Of a stretch of 26,529 bases of DNA, positions 17,606-26,529 are shown one piece after another. Position numbers and translations under genes: made by a program. The number at the start of each line of letters is the position of its first letter. Positions within the stretch are counted from its first letter, which is position 1. A model generated the notes under the pieces. The model saw nothing but the letters and a program-made list of their open reading frames with translations, was not told the DNA's origin and did not search any database. Origin of the DNA: a virus. Location: the UHGV virus genome UHGV-0097687; one strand, 5' to 3'.

Positions 17606-18554
17606 TCTTGCATGCCGTATTGGTCTGAATGAGGCAATTGTGTTGCAGCAGCTTCATTACTGGCTGAATGAAACGAATTCAGGCACTGAGCATGGCGGAA
17701 TTCGCTGGGTTTATAACACGACAGAACAGTGGCTGGAGCAGTTTCCGTTCTGGTCAGAGTCCACTCTGAAACGCACATTTGCAAGCCTGAAATCACTTGG
17801 GGTTTTGCGTCGCGAGCAACTCAATAAATCGAAGCGTGACATGACCAACTTCTACACGATCAACTATGAAAGTGAGCTTTTAGAAGAGGTCAAAGTGAAC
17901 GAATCCATCAGGTCAAAATGCACTTCTCCATCGGGTCAAAGTGACCTGATGGATGGGCGCAAAATGACACGATCCATTGGTTCAAAACGACACGCTGTCA
18001 TCGGGTCAAAATGGCCCAATGATCTTACAGAGAATACAACAGAGATTACTACAGAGAATAAAACCTCTTCTCGTCCGGACGCTTCGCAACCGGACACGCA
18101 AACGGCTGAACAGGAGTTTTTAACTCGCCATCCTGATGCGGTTGTATTCAGCCCTAAAAAGCGCCAGTGGGGAACGCAGGATGATTTGACCTGCGCACAG
18201 TGGCTCTGGAAAAAAATCATCGCCCTGTACGAGCAGGCCGCCGAATGTGACGGCGAGGTGGTTCGTCCCAAAGAACCGAACTGGACAGCATGGGCAAACG
18301 AAATTCGCCTGATGTGTGTGCAGGATGGTCGTACTCACAAACAAATCTGCGAGATGTACAGCCGCGTCAGCCGCGATCCGTTCTGGTGCCGTAACGTGCT
18401 CAGCCCGTCGAAGTTGCGGGAAAAATGGGATGAGCTTTCCCTGCGCTTATCGCCGTCCGTCAGCACGCACACAGAAAAACGTGAAGACCCGTACTTCAAA
18501 GCCAGTTACGACAACGTGGACTACAGCCAGATCCCGGCAGGATTCAGGGGGTGA
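17562..18554 (+). CDS. Replication initiation protein (O-like replisome organiser) containing the origin iterons
   Basis: GAGG RBS; N-terminal ..[29 protein letters not shown].. winged-helix-like; iterons embedded in the coding sequence as in lambda O. Confidence 0.75.
   Translation: MSLLMTSQPIVINRDLACRIGLNEAIVLQQLHYWLNETNSGTEHGGIRWVYNTTEQWLEQFPFWSESTLKRTFASLKSLGVLRREQLNKSKRDMTNFYTINYESELLEEVKVNESIRSKCTSPSGQSDLMDGRKMTRSIGSKRHAVIGSKWPNDLTENTTEITTENKTSSRPDASQPDTQTAEQEFLTRHPDAVVFSPKKRQWGTQDDLTCAQWLWKKIIALYEQAAECDGEVVRPKEPNWTAWANEIRLMCVQDGRTHKQICEMYSRVSRDPFWCRNVLSPSKLREKWDELSLRLSPSVSTHTEKREDPYFKASYDNVDYSQIPAGFRG
17885..18065. repeat. Candidate origin of replication: five iterons (consensus about CATCGGGTCAAAATG) plus adjacent A-rich ACAGAGA(A/T)TA repeats
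   Basis: Iteron copies at about 17887, 17906, 17929, 17975 and 17999; A-rich repeated segment 18020-18065. Confidence 0.65.
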
Positions 18555-18648
18555 TCATGAGTCTGTTAAATGACGTTCAGAAATTCATTGAAGCCCATCC
18601 GGGCTGTACTTCCGGAGACATTGCGGATGCTTTTTACGTGGGGGCTTA

Positions 18649-19302
18649 ATGAGTAATAAATATTGCCAGGCGCTGGTAGAACTGCGGAACAAACCAGCCC
18701 ATGAACTGAAGGAAGTGGGCGATCAGTGGCGCACGCCGGACAACATTTTCTGGGGAATTAACACCTTGTTTGGTCCGTTTGTTCTGGATCTGTTCACTGA
18801 CGGTGATAACGCCAAATGTGCCGCGTATTACACGGCGGAAGACAACGCGCTGGCGCATGACTGGTCAGAACGTCTTGCGGAGCTTAAAGGTGCTGCCTTT
18901 GGTAATCCCCCATACAGCCGCGCCAGTCAGCATGAGGGGCAATACATCACCGGCATGCGTTACATCATGAAACATGCCAGTGCCATGCGTGATAAGGGCG
19001 GGCGCTATGTTTTCCTGATCAAAGCTGCCACCAGCGAAGTGTGGTGGCCGGAAGATGCGGACCATATTGCTTTTATTCGCGGGCGTATTGGTTTTGAACT
19101 GCCTGCCTGGTTTATCCCGAAGGATGAGAAGCAGGTGCCGACAGGCGCTTTCTTCGCTGGTGCTATTGCTGTTTTCGACAAGACCTGGAAGGGACCGGCA
19201 ATCAGCTACATCGGGCGCGATGAACTTGAGGCATGTGGTGAGGCGTTTCTGGCGCAGGTTCGCCAGCAGGCAGAAAAACTTGTCAGGGAGATGGCGGCAT
19301 GA
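18649..19302 (+). CDS. Phage Dam-type N6-adenine DNA methyltransferase (small NPPY class)
   Basis: 217 aa; catalytic ..AFGNPPYS..; typical location in lambdoid early-right region. Confidence 0.8.
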   Translation: MSNKYCQALVELRNKPAHELKEVGDQWRTPDNIFWGINTLFGPFVLDLFTDGDNAKCAAYYTAEDNALAHDWSERLAELKGAAFGNPPYSRASQHEGQYITGMRYIMKHASAMRDKGGRYVFLIKAATSEVWWPEDADHIAFIRGRIGFELPAWFIPKDEKQVPTGAFFAGAIAVFDKTWKGPAISYIGRDELEACGEAFLAQVRQQAEKLVREMAA

Positions 19303-19625
19303 CGACGTTAACTCAATGCCAGCAGCAGGTGCTGGATATGCTGATTTCTTACCAGCAAGAGCGTGGCTTTCCGCCAACCAATCAGGAGGTGGCAACCATG
19401 CTGGGATACCGTTCGGTGAATGCAGCGGTGGAGCATCTTCGCGCACTGGAGAAAAAAGGCGTCATCACGATAAAGCGTGGCGTGGCCCGGGGGATAACGC
19501 TTCATACCGCAGTGAAGGACGACGACAGCGAAGCGGTCGGTATCATCCGCGCACTGCTTGCCGGTGAGGAGAACGCCAGGCTGCGTGCAGCCCACTGGTT
19601 ACATGAGAGGGGCCTGAAAGTATGA
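19299..19625 (+). CDS. LexA-like N-terminal DNA-binding domain protein
   Basis: 108 aa; ..QQVLDMLISYQQERGFPPTNQEVATMLGYRSVNAAVEHLRALEKKGVI.. resembles LexA winged helix; ATGA coupling. Confidence 0.6.
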   Translation: MTTLTQCQQQVLDMLISYQQERGFPPTNQEVATMLGYRSVNAAVEHLRALEKKGVITIKRGVARGITLHTAVKDDDSEAVGIIRALLAGEENARLRAAHWLHERGLKV

Positions 19626-20011
19626 AGTTGATCCTGCCTTTCCCGCCCAGTGTGAACACGTACTGGCGACACCCCAACAAAGGGGCATTTGCTGGTAAGA
19701 GCCTGATAAGCGAGGCGGGGCGAAAATTTCAGAGCGCGGCGTGCGCAGCAATAGTTGAGCAGTTACGTCGTCTGCCGAAACCAACGTCGGCACCTGCTTC
19801 AGTGGAGATCGTGTTGTTTCCTCCGGATAACCGGATCCGCGATCTGGACAACTATAACAAGGCGCTGTTTGACGCCCTGACCCACGCGGGTGTGTGGGAA
19901 GACGACAGACAGGTGAAAAGAATGCTGGTGGAGTGGGGACCGGTTATCCCGAAAGGGAAGGTCGAGATCACTATCAGTAAGTATGAGAAACCGGCGGGTG
20001 CAGCCGCCTGA
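19622..20011 (+). CDS. rusA: Holliday junction resolvase RusA
   Basis: 129 aa; ..PPSVNTYWRH.., ..RDLDNYNKALFDALTHAGVWEDDRQV.. match RusA signature. Confidence 0.85.
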   Translation: MKLILPFPPSVNTYWRHPNKGAFAGKSLISEAGRKFQSAACAAIVEQLRRLPKPTSAPASVEIVLFPPDNRIRDLDNYNKALFDALTHAGVWEDDRQVKRMLVEWGPVIPKGKVEITISKYEKPAGAAA

Positions 20012-20030
20012 TTAAGAGGAGAAACGAAGT

Positions 20031-20840
20031 ATGAATAATCTGATGGTCATTGATGGTATTGAAGTTCGTCGTGATGCTTATGGGCGTTACAGCCTGAACG
20101 ATCTGCATCGCGCAGCAGTAGCATCTGGTGCAAATGCCAGAACCAAGGAGCCAGGAAAGTTTCTTTCCAGCCAACAAACTGTTGAGCTTGTTCATGAATT
20201 GACCAACACCCAGAATTTGGGTGTTGACCCGGTGAGTGTGATTCATGGGGGAAATGAACGGGGAACGTATGTCTGCAAGGAACTGGTGTATGCCTATGCA
20301 ATGTGGATCAGCCCGTCATTCCATCTGAAGGTGATCCGTACTTTCGACATGGTAACCAGCGCACCGGAAAAATTATCCGGACAGGCTGCTGACAAGATGC
20401 AGGCTGGTGTGATTCTGCTGGACTTTATGCGCCGGGAATTAAACCTGTCTAACTCTTCAGTGCTTGGTGCCTGTCAGAAACTCCAGGAGGCTGTTGGCTT
20501 ACCGAATCTGGCACCGCGCTATGCCATTGATGCTCCTGCTGACGCGCCTGATGGCTCAAGTCGTCCTACGCTGTCGCTGAGTGCACTGCTGAAACAGTAT
20601 GGTATCCGCCTTACGGCTAATCAGGCATATCACCAGATGGCGAAGCTGGGGATCGTTGAACAACGCGAACGATACAGCCGTACCGCGATTAACAACATCA
20701 AAAAATTCTGGTCGCTGACAGCGAAAGGTTGCATGTTCGGCAAGAACATCACCAGTCCCGCAAATCCGCGCGAGACGCAGCCGCATTTCTTCGAATCCCG
20801 ATTCCCTGAGCTGTTAAAGCTGCTCGATACCGTTCATTGA
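20031..20840 (+). CDS. KilA-N domain-containing protein
   Basis: Strong RBS GAGGAGAAACGAAGTATG; N-terminal ..MVIDGIEVRRDAYGRYSLNDLHRAA.. KilA-N-like. Confidence 0.65.
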   Translation: MNNLMVIDGIEVRRDAYGRYSLNDLHRAAVASGANARTKEPGKFLSSQQTVELVHELTNTQNLGVDPVSVIHGGNERGTYVCKELVYAYAMWISPSFHLKVIRTFDMVTSAPEKLSGQAADKMQAGVILLDFMRRELNLSNSSVLGACQKLQEAVGLPNLAPRYAIDAPADAPDGSSRPTLSLSALLKQYGIRLTANQAYHQMAKLGIVEQRERYSRTAINNIKKFWSLTAKGCMFGKNITSPANPRETQPHFFESRFPELLKLLDTVH

Positions 20841-20841
20841 G

Positions 20842-21837
20842 GTGACCGTGAGAGCACTACTGACCCCTGAAATTGCCCCGCGTATGGGGATCGTATTGTT
20901 CAGGCCAGGTTCAGAGCTGATGCCCCTGTTTATGCAGGGGCGTGTCCTGCTGGAGCCTGAGCCGGAACGTTATTCATCTTTCGCCAGTGGTGCCGTTCCG
21001 GCGGCATCACAACCGCTGGCGGATGATCCTGCCGTTCGGGCCGTGTTCCGCAATGAGGAAGTGATCCGTCGTGCTGGTGGCGTGGAATGTCTTGAAAGCT
21101 GGTTACTTCGTGAAAAAGGCTGCCAGTGGCCTCATTCCGACTGGCACAGCGAGAACATGACAACAATGCGACACGCGCCGGGCGCAATCCGTCTGTGCTG
21201 GCACTGCGATAACCAGCTGCGCGATCAGTTCACGGAACGGCTGGAATCAATGGCAACGGATAACTGTGCCCGCTGGGTGTTGTCTGTTGTGCGTCGGGAT
21301 CTCGGTTTTGATGACAGTCACGTTGTGACAATGCCGGAACTGTGCTGGTGGCTGATTCGTAATGACTTGGCGGATGCCTTACCGGAAAGTGCAGCCCGTA
21401 AGGCACTGAGATTACCGAAGCCTGTTGTGCCGTCTGTCACCCGGGAAAGTGACCTTGTGCCTTCGGTTCCTGCCACCAGCATCATCCAGGATAAGGCGAA
21501 AAAGGTGCTGGCGCTGAAAGTGGATCCGGAGTCGCCGGAGTCTTTTATGTTACGCCCAAAACGTCGCCGCTGGGTTAATGAAAAGTACACACGCTGGGTT
21601 AAGACACAGCCGTGTGCATGTTGTGGAAAGCCTGCTGATGATCCCCACCACCTGATAGGCCACGGTCAGGGGGGAATGGGTACAAAAGCGCATGACCTCT
21701 TTGTGTTGCCTTTGTGCAGAAAGCATCACGACGAGCTGCATGCGGATACCGTGGCATTTGAAGAGAAGTATGGCTCCCAGCTGGAGCTGATATTTCGTTT
21801 TATCGATCGTGCGCTGGCAATTGGCGTGCTGGCCTGA
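20842..21837 (+). CDS. DUF968-type prophage protein with C-terminal Cys/His cluster
   Basis: 331 aa; ..[28 protein letters not shown].. metal-binding-like; start (GTG 20842 or downstream ATG) uncertain. Confidence 0.6.
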   Translation: MTVRALLTPEIAPRMGIVLFRPGSELMPLFMQGRVLLEPEPERYSSFASGAVPAASQPLADDPAVRAVFRNEEVIRRAGGVECLESWLLREKGCQWPHSDWHSENMTTMRHAPGAIRLCWHCDNQLRDQFTERLESMATDNCARWVLSVVRRDLGFDDSHVVTMPELCWWLIRNDLADALPESAARKALRLPKPVVPSVTRESDLVPSVPATSIIQDKAKKVLALKVDPESPESFMLRPKRRRWVNEKYTRWVKTQPCACCGKPADDPHHLIGHGQGGMGTKAHDLFVLPLCRKHHDELHADTVAFEEKYGSQLELIFRFIDRALAIGVLA

Positions 21838-21854
21838 TTTTGTGGAGAACGTTG

Positions 21855-22220
21855 ATGCGTGATATTCAAATGGTTCTTGAACGTTGGGGGGCATGGGTGG
21901 CAAATAATCACGAGGATGTCACCTGGTCGTCTATTGCTGCAGGATTTAAAGGACTAATCCCTTCAAAAGTAAAATCCCGCCCGCAATGTTGTGACGATGA
22001 TGCGATGATCATTTGTGGGTGCATGGCTCGCCTGAAAAAGAACAACAGCGATTTGCACGATTTATTAGTGGATTATTATGTAGGTGGTATGACGTTTATG
22101 GCGCTTGCCCGTAAACATGGGCGTTCTGATTGCTGGGTTGGGCGTTTATTGCAAAAGGCTGAAGGTGTAGTTGATGGCATGTTAATGATGTTAGAAATTG
22201 AGCTAGAGATGGATCGTTAG
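21855..22220 (+). CDS. Q: Late-gene antiterminator Q
   Basis: [42 protein letters not shown].. matches remembered Q of Stx-type lambdoid phages; Cys-rich zinc-binding-like motif. Confidence 0.78.
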   Translation: MRDIQMVLERWGAWVANNHEDVTWSSIAAGFKGLIPSKVKSRPQCCDDDAMIICGCMARLKKNNSDLHDLLVDYYVGGMTFMALARKHGRSDCWVGRLLQKAEGVVDGMLMMLEIELEMDR

Positions 22221-22262
22221 AAGACCTCTTATTGAGGGGGTAATTGAATCAGTTTAATGTGT

Positions 22263-22293
22263 GGGGAGTCGATTTATTCTCCCCATTTTATTT
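22263..22293 (+). terminator. Intrinsic terminator just downstream of Q
   Basis: GGGGAG-10 nt-CTCCCC followed by ATTTTATTT. Confidence 0.5.
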
Positions 22294-22304
22294 AATTAAT
22301 TTAC

Positions 22305-22751
22305 TTAAGGTTTTAATTCATCAAGACGTTGTTGGATAGTGTTTTTGCTTGCGTTGTCTGTTATAGCCATTTGTTGTACTTGCCCCATTGCCATTTGAGT
22401 TTCCATCCACATATCGGCCCACACTTTTGTATCGTTATTAACTTGAGCGATAGTAAATCTGACTTTTGATACCGGGGTTGTTGAATAGGCATTGCCGATT
22501 AACATTTGTCCAAAAACAGCAGACCCGCCTTCCAGTTCTTTACCACATATAACACTGCTGTTATCAGCGTTGTAAATTATCAACCCTCTACTATTGCAGT
22601 AATTCACAAGGGCATCTTTGACTTTATCTTTTGTCGTATTTTGATAAACCCCCTCAGGTTTTCCTGATTGAGTTTTTTTTATCAATGGTACGGAAGAAGT
22701 ACAACCTGAAATGATAGTTGCGCTAAGTAATAGTACAGTCATTTTATTCAT
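22305..22751 (-). CDS. Lipoprotein moron of unknown function (opposite strand, AT-rich)
   Basis: 148 aa; signal peptide with lipobox ..LLSATIISGC; low GC relative to flanks. Confidence 0.6.
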   Translation of the reverse strand: MNKMTVLLLSATIISGCTSSVPLIKKTQSGKPEGVYQNTTKDKVKDALVNYCNSRGLIIYNADNSSVICGKELEGGSAVFGQMLIGNAYSTTPVSKVRFTIAQVNNDTKVWADMWMETQMAMGQVQQMAITDNASKNTIQQRLDELKP

Positions 22752-22875
22752 GTTTCTTATCCATTGTTAAGGGCATACCTACACAATTATTTTTATTGGA
22801 GATGAATAATCAACCGTTTACAATCGTAAAAAATCAAATATGCTGTTAAGAGTGGTTACTTCGCCACACAACTTA

Positions 22876-22899
22876 AACCCGCCGCTGAGCGGTTTTTTT
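22876..22899 (+). terminator. Intrinsic terminator (candidate tR'-type target of Q antitermination)
   Basis: CCGC-TGA-GCGG hairpin followed by TTTTTTT; possible promoter TTTACA-16-TATGCT about 60 nt upstream. Confidence 0.4.
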
Positions 22900-22997
22900 G
22901 TACCTGTAAACTTGGTGCAGTACAGTAAACACGCTGGTGGTCGTGAATACTGACCTTTTATCTTGCTGGCTTTTTAGACAAGAGTTATTGGTATGTC

Positions 22998-23216
22998 ATG
23001 TTAACCAGAAGGGAAAAAGACATGCTAAAACAGCAAGATATGACAGAAACCGCCGCCGCAGTCCTTCATTTCTTACCTGCTGACAAGTGGGTAACGCCAC
23101 GCATGATGACGAGAACTACCGGAGTAAGCGAAGCCCGGTGCCAGTTAATACTGACTCAGTTAGTTCTGGCGGGTCTGGCGAAGGATAACGGGAATAAATT
23201 CAGACGCTGCCAGTAA
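22998..23216 (+). CDS. Hypothetical small protein
   Basis: 72 aa ORF; start ambiguous (22998 or 23022). Confidence 0.4.
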   Translation: MLTRREKDMLKQQDMTETAAAVLHFLPADKWVTPRMMTRTTGVSEARCQLILTQLVLAGLAKDNGNKFRRCQ

Positions 23217-23366
23217 TGGCGGTTTCCTGCTGTGAAAATGGGCGGCTGGTGGGTGTTGGTAGCACCTGCCAGCCATTCGCTCATGCTTACTGGTCACAAG
23301 CGAACCACGGCCCACTGCTTTAGCGCAAAAGCAGAGTGAGCCTACCAGAGTTACGCTTACTGATCC

Positions 23367-24419
23367 ATGAAAAATACTGTAAAAATAAACAGTGTTGATT
23401 TAATCAACGCTGATTGCCTGCATTTTATTCAGTCCCTGCCTGATGATTCCATTGACCTGATTGTTACCGATCCGCCGTACTTCAAGGTGAAACCCAACGG
23501 TTGGGACAATCAGTGGAAAGGGGACGAAGATTACCTTAAGTGGCTGGACCACTGTCTGGCCCAGTTCTGGCGGGTGTTAAAACCTGCCGGAAGCCTTTAC
23601 CTGTTCTGTGGGCATCGCCTGGCATCTGATATTGAGATCATGATGCGTGAACGTTTCAACGTGCTTAACCATATCATCTGGGCGAAGCCGTCCGGACGTT
23701 GGAATGGGTGTAATAAAGAAAGTCTGCGCGCATATTTTCCTGCCACAGAGCGCGTTCTGTTTGCTGAACATTACCAGGGGCCATATCGCGGCAAAAGTGA
23801 CGGCTATGCGGCAAAAGAAAGGGAACTCAAACAGCACATAATGGCACCGCTGATATCGTATTTCAGGGATGCTCGTGCCGAACTGGGTATAACGGCAAAA
23901 CAAATTGCCGAAGCCACAGGTAAGAAAAATATGGTTTCCCACTGGTTTGGTGCCAGTCAGTGGCAGTTGCCGAATGAGGCTGACTATCGGAAGTTACAGG
24001 CACTGTTTTCCCGTATAGCGGCAGAGAAGTTTCAGGAACAACAACTGGAACAACCACACCACCAGCTGGTGGCATCTTATGATTCACTGAATCGCAAATA
24101 TTCTGAATTGCTGGATGAGTTTAAATCTCTCCGGCGCTATTTCTCCGTATCAGTCTCCGTGCCTTATACCGATGTCTGGATGCATAAACCCGTTCAGTTC
24201 TACCCGGGTAAACATCCGTGTGAGAAACCGGCGGATATGCTCAGGCAAATAATCAATGCCAGTAGTCGACCTGGTGATCTGGTTGCTGATTTTTTTATGG
24301 GATCCGGTTCCACAATAAAAGCAGCAATGGCGCTGGGGCGTCGGGCCTTAGGTGTTGAGCTTGAGTCAGAGCGGTTTAACCAGACAGTGAAAGAGATAAA
24401 CGAGCTGGTGGGGAAATAA
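23367..24419 (+). CDS. DNA methyltransferase, N6/N4 (beta-class, DPPY motif near N-terminus)
   Basis: 350 aa; ..[10 protein letters not shown].. catalytic motif early, SAM-binding ..DFFMGSGST.. late. Confidence 0.85.
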   Translation: MKNTVKINSVDLINADCLHFIQSLPDDSIDLIVTDPPYFKVKPNGWDNQWKGDEDYLKWLDHCLAQFWRVLKPAGSLYLFCGHRLASDIEIMMRERFNVLNHIIWAKPSGRWNGCNKESLRAYFPATERVLFAEHYQGPYRGKSDGYAAKERELKQHIMAPLISYFRDARAELGITAKQIAEATGKKNMVSHWFGASQWQLPNEADYRKLQALFSRIAAEKFQEQQLEQPHHQLVASYDSLNRKYSELLDEFKSLRRYFSVSVSVPYTDVWMHKPVQFYPGKHPCEKPADMLRQIINASSRPGDLVADFFMGSGSTIKAAMALGRRALGVELESERFNQTVKEINELVGK

Positions 24420-24425
24420 TCTGGT

Positions 24426-24447
24426 GGCCACGTCAGGTGGCCTTTTT
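24426..24447 (+). terminator. Intrinsic terminator between methyltransferase and lysis cassette
   Basis: GGCCAC-GTCAG-GTGGCC followed by TTTTT. Confidence 0.6.
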
Positions 24448-24486
24448 ATTTCCATTACACAGCACCCGCATCTGCGAGGTGGGGTT

Positions 24487-24702
24487 ATGAAATCCATGGA
24501 TAAGTTAACAACGGGTGTCGCCTATGGCACCTCCGCAGGCAGTGCTGGCTACTGGTTTTTACAGTGGCTTGATCAGGTCAGTCCGTCACAGTGGGCTGCG
24601 ATTGGTGTACTGGGGAGTCTGGTTCTGGGCTTCCTGACTTATCTGACAAATCTGTACTTCAAAATCAGAGAAGACAAGCGTAAGGCTGCACGGGGAGAGT
24701 AA
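24487..24702 (+). CDS. S: Holin with dual-start motif (MKSM)
   Basis: GAGGTGGGG RBS; 71 aa; TM segments ..[10 protein letters not shown].. and ..[22 protein letters not shown].. with charged C-terminus. Confidence 0.8.
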   Translation: MKSMDKLTTGVAYGTSAGSAGYWFLQWLDQVSPSQWAAIGVLGSLVLGFLTYLTNLYFKIREDKRKAARGE

Positions 24703-24706
24703 TTCA

Positions 24707-25057
24707 ATGACTCAAAACTATGAACTGATTGTGAAAGGGATCCGCAATTTTGAGAATAAAGTTACGGTAACTTTAGCGTTACGGGACAAAAAACGCTTTG
24801 ACGGTGAAATTTTTGACCTGGACATCTCGCTGGACCGTGTTGAAGGTGCCGCGCTGGAGTTTTATGAGGCAGCAGCCAGAATGAGCATCAGACAGGTCTT
24901 CCTGGATGTTGCTGCCGGGTTATGTGAAGGGGATGAGCTGTCGCCGGAAAAGCGCCCCATAATTTTAGAGGCGCAGAATGTGTGGATAACCTACAAAGGA
25001 AAGCTACCGGGAAGAATTACTGGTTCTCTGAAGACTCCTCCGGAATCACAACCTTAA
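24707..25057 (+). CDS. Hypothetical protein within lysis cassette
   Basis: 116 aa ORF tightly following holin. Confidence 0.55.
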   Translation: MTQNYELIVKGIRNFENKVTVTLALRDKKRFDGEIFDLDISLDRVEGAALEFYEAAARMSIRQVFLDVAAGLCEGDELSPEKRPIILEAQNVWITYKGKLPGRITGSLKTPPESQP

Positions 25058-25120
25058 GTCACTGACCGGAACAGATAAACCTGTCCGTGGGCAGAAACCG
25101 ATAAATCCTGATAAATATCC

Positions 25121-25654
25121 ATGAACGTAAAAATCAGATACAGCCTGTCGGCTGCTGTTCTGGCACTGATTGCCGTCGGTGCGCCCGCGCCTGACATTCT
25201 CGATCAGTTTCTGGATGAAAAAGAGGGGAATCACATCACTGCATACCGCGATGGCTCCGGCATATGGACCATCTGTCGGGGAGCAACGATGGTGGACGGT
25301 AAACCTGTTATTCCGGGAATGAAACTGTCGAAGGAAAAATGCGCCCAGGTTAACGCCATTGAGCGGGATAAGGCGCTGGCATGGGTGGAGCGCAATATTA
25401 AAGTGCCACTGACCGAACCACAGAAAGCGGGTATCGCGTCATTTTGTCCCTATAACATTGGCCCCGGTAAGTGTTTCCCGTCGACGTTTTATAAGCGGCT
25501 GAATGCCGGTGATCGTAAGGGTGCATGTGAGGCGATTCGTTGGTGGATAAAAGATGGTGGGCGCGATTGCCGCATACGTTCAAATAACTGCTATGGGCAA
25601 GTTATTCGTCGTGACCAGGAAAGCGCATTAGCCTGTTGGGGGATAGATCAGTGA
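25121..25654 (+). CDS. R: SAR endolysin (phage lysozyme, R21-like)
   Basis: N-terminal signal-anchor ..[15 protein letters not shown]..; catalytic E-D-T region ..[22 protein letters not shown]..; resembles remembered phage 21 R. Confidence 0.85.
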   Translation: MNVKIRYSLSAAVLALIAVGAPAPDILDQFLDEKEGNHITAYRDGSGIWTICRGATMVDGKPVIPGMKLSKEKCAQVNAIERDKALAWVERNIKVPLTEPQKAGIASFCPYNIGPGKCFPSTFYKRLNAGDRKGACEAIRWWIKDGGRDCRIRSNNCYGQVIRRDQESALACWGIDQ

Positions 25655-26109
25655 GCAGAGTCGCCGCGATTATTTATGCTCTGGTTATCTGCATCATCGT
25701 CTGCCTGTCATGGGCTGTTAATCATTACCGTGATAACGCAATCGCCTACAAAGAGCAGCGCGATAACAAGGCCAGTGAACTGGAGAAGGCGAACGCCACC
25801 ATCGCTGACATGCGGAAGCGTCAACGTGATGTAGCAGAACTCGACGCCAGATACACAAAGGAGCTTGCTGATGCTAATGCGACTATCGAAAGTCTCCGTG
25901 CTGATGTTTCTGCTGGTCGTAAGCGCCTGCAAGTCGCCGCCACCTGTGCAAAGTCAACGACCGGAGCCAGCAGCATGGGCGATGGAGAAAGCCCAAGACT
26001 TACAGCAGATGCTGAACTCAATTATTACCGTCTCCGAAGTGGAATCGACAAGATAACCGCGCAGGTTAACTACCTGCAGGAATACATCAGGACGCAATGC
26101 CTGAAATAA
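25651..26109 (+). CDS. Rz: i-spanin Rz
   Basis: GTG start overlapping R stop; ..[33 protein letters not shown].. matches remembered lambda Rz. Confidence 0.8.
   Translation: MSRVAAIIYALVICIIVCLSWAVNHYRDNAIAYKEQRDNKASELEKANATIADMRKRQRDVAELDARYTKELADANATIESLRADVSAGRKRLQVAATCAKSTTGASSMGDGESPRLTADAELNYYRLRSGIDKITAQVNYLQEYIRTQCLK
25871..26056 (+). CDS. Rz1: o-spanin Rz1 (lipoprotein, embedded in +1 frame of Rz)
   Basis: ..LVVSAC lipobox followed by Pro-rich [16 protein letters not shown]; embedded like lambda Rz1. Confidence 0.72.
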   Translation: MLMRLSKVSVLMFLLVVSACKSPPPVQSQRPEPAAWAMEKAQDLQQMLNSIITVSEVESTR

Positions 26110-26141
26110 TTTTTTTGCAAATCACAAAGTCCATTTAATGA

Positions 26142-26163
26142 GCCTCGCGATGCGGGGCTTTTT
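26142..26163 (+). terminator. Intrinsic terminator after lysis cassette (first of two)
   Basis: GCCTCGC-GAT-GCGGGGC followed by TTTTT. Confidence 0.65.
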
Positions 26164-26170
26164 GCAATAA

Positions 26171-26195
26171 ATGCGTACCGCAACGCATGTTTTTT
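26171..26195 (+). terminator. Second tandem intrinsic terminator
   Basis: ATGCGT-ACCGCA-ACGCAT followed by TTTTT. Confidence 0.55.
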
Positions 26196-26310
26196 ACACC
26201 GAACCTGCCCCTTTGGAATGGGCCTTTGAGGATACCAGTTAGTGCTGGCGAGCCTCGGTGGGCTGGTTTCCTGTGCGGCAAAGGTTCATTTCAAAGAGTA
26301 GGTACACGCT

Positions 26311-26529
26311 ATGAAATCATTAACCCTCTTCAATCAACCAATTCGTATCGGTGAAGATGGCATGATCTGCCTCACTGATATGTGGAAAGCCAGTGGTAAA
26401 AGTGAATCTGAATCGCCTTACCACTACCTGCGAAACAAGCAGACCAAAGAGTTCTTAGCCGAGCTGGAGAAAAACCACGAATCTGTGGTTTTTACTGAGC
26501 GCGGTGTACACGGTGGAACATATGGCGGG
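26311..26529 (+). CDS. KilA-N/antirepressor-like protein, N-terminal part (continues beyond window)
   Basis: ATG at 26311; ..LFNQPIRIGEDGMICLTDMWKASGK.. resembles KilA-N/Bro-N-type N-terminus; open to window end. Confidence 0.5.
   Translation, partial: MKSLTLFNQPIRIGEDGMICLTDMWKASGKSESESPYHYLRNKQTKEFLAELEKNHESVVFTERGVHGGTYGG

Noticed and set aside
18865-19567. Antisense 193-aa ORF (18865-19446 -) and Arg-rich 170-aa ORF (19055-19567 +) overlapping the Dam-type methylase and LexA-like genes
   Set aside because: They overlap well-supported coupled genes; compositions look like frame artifacts of GC-rich coding sequence.
20930-21903. Antisense ORFs within the DUF968 and Q genes (20930-21187 -, 21318-21590 -, 21550-21903 -, 21726-21911 -)
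   Set aside because: They overlap sense-strand genes with coherent operon arrangement; no RBS and composition is artifact-like.
23577-24087. ORFs antisense to or nested in the beta-class methyltransferase gene (23577-23942 -, 23647-23841 +, 23863-24087 -)
   Set aside because: The sense-strand gene carries clear DPPY and SAM-binding motifs across this span; the overlapping ORFs lack any signal.

Overview
This window is most of a lambdoid temperate phage genome of an enterobacterial (E. coli-like) host, in vegetative gene order. Left to right: the 3' end of tail gene J, lom, a side tail fiber (stf-like) and two small ORFs (1-5180); an AT-rich cargo island (about 5180-11320) holding an unrecognised 570-aa protein, a roughly 0.9 kb ORF-free segment with a tmRNA (ssrA) 3'-end-like core, and a Dam-family methyltransferase next to an OLD-family ATPase/Toprim protein; int and xis; a leftward early operon resembling E. 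coli YfdP/Q/R/S; the immunity region (cI-like repressor, operators, cro-like); a CII-like gene; an O-like replication gene with internal iterons; a second methyltransferase, LexA-like protein, RusA, KilA-N, DUF968 and antiterminator Q; a lipoprotein moron and a third methyltransferase; and the lysis cassette (holin, SAR endolysin, Rz/Rz1). The best candidate for an undescribed system is the OLD-like nuclease plus Dam-like methyltransferase pair, together with the adjacent unknown 570-aa gene and ORF-free segment. All calls are from reading the sequence and remembered family signatures; no database search was run.
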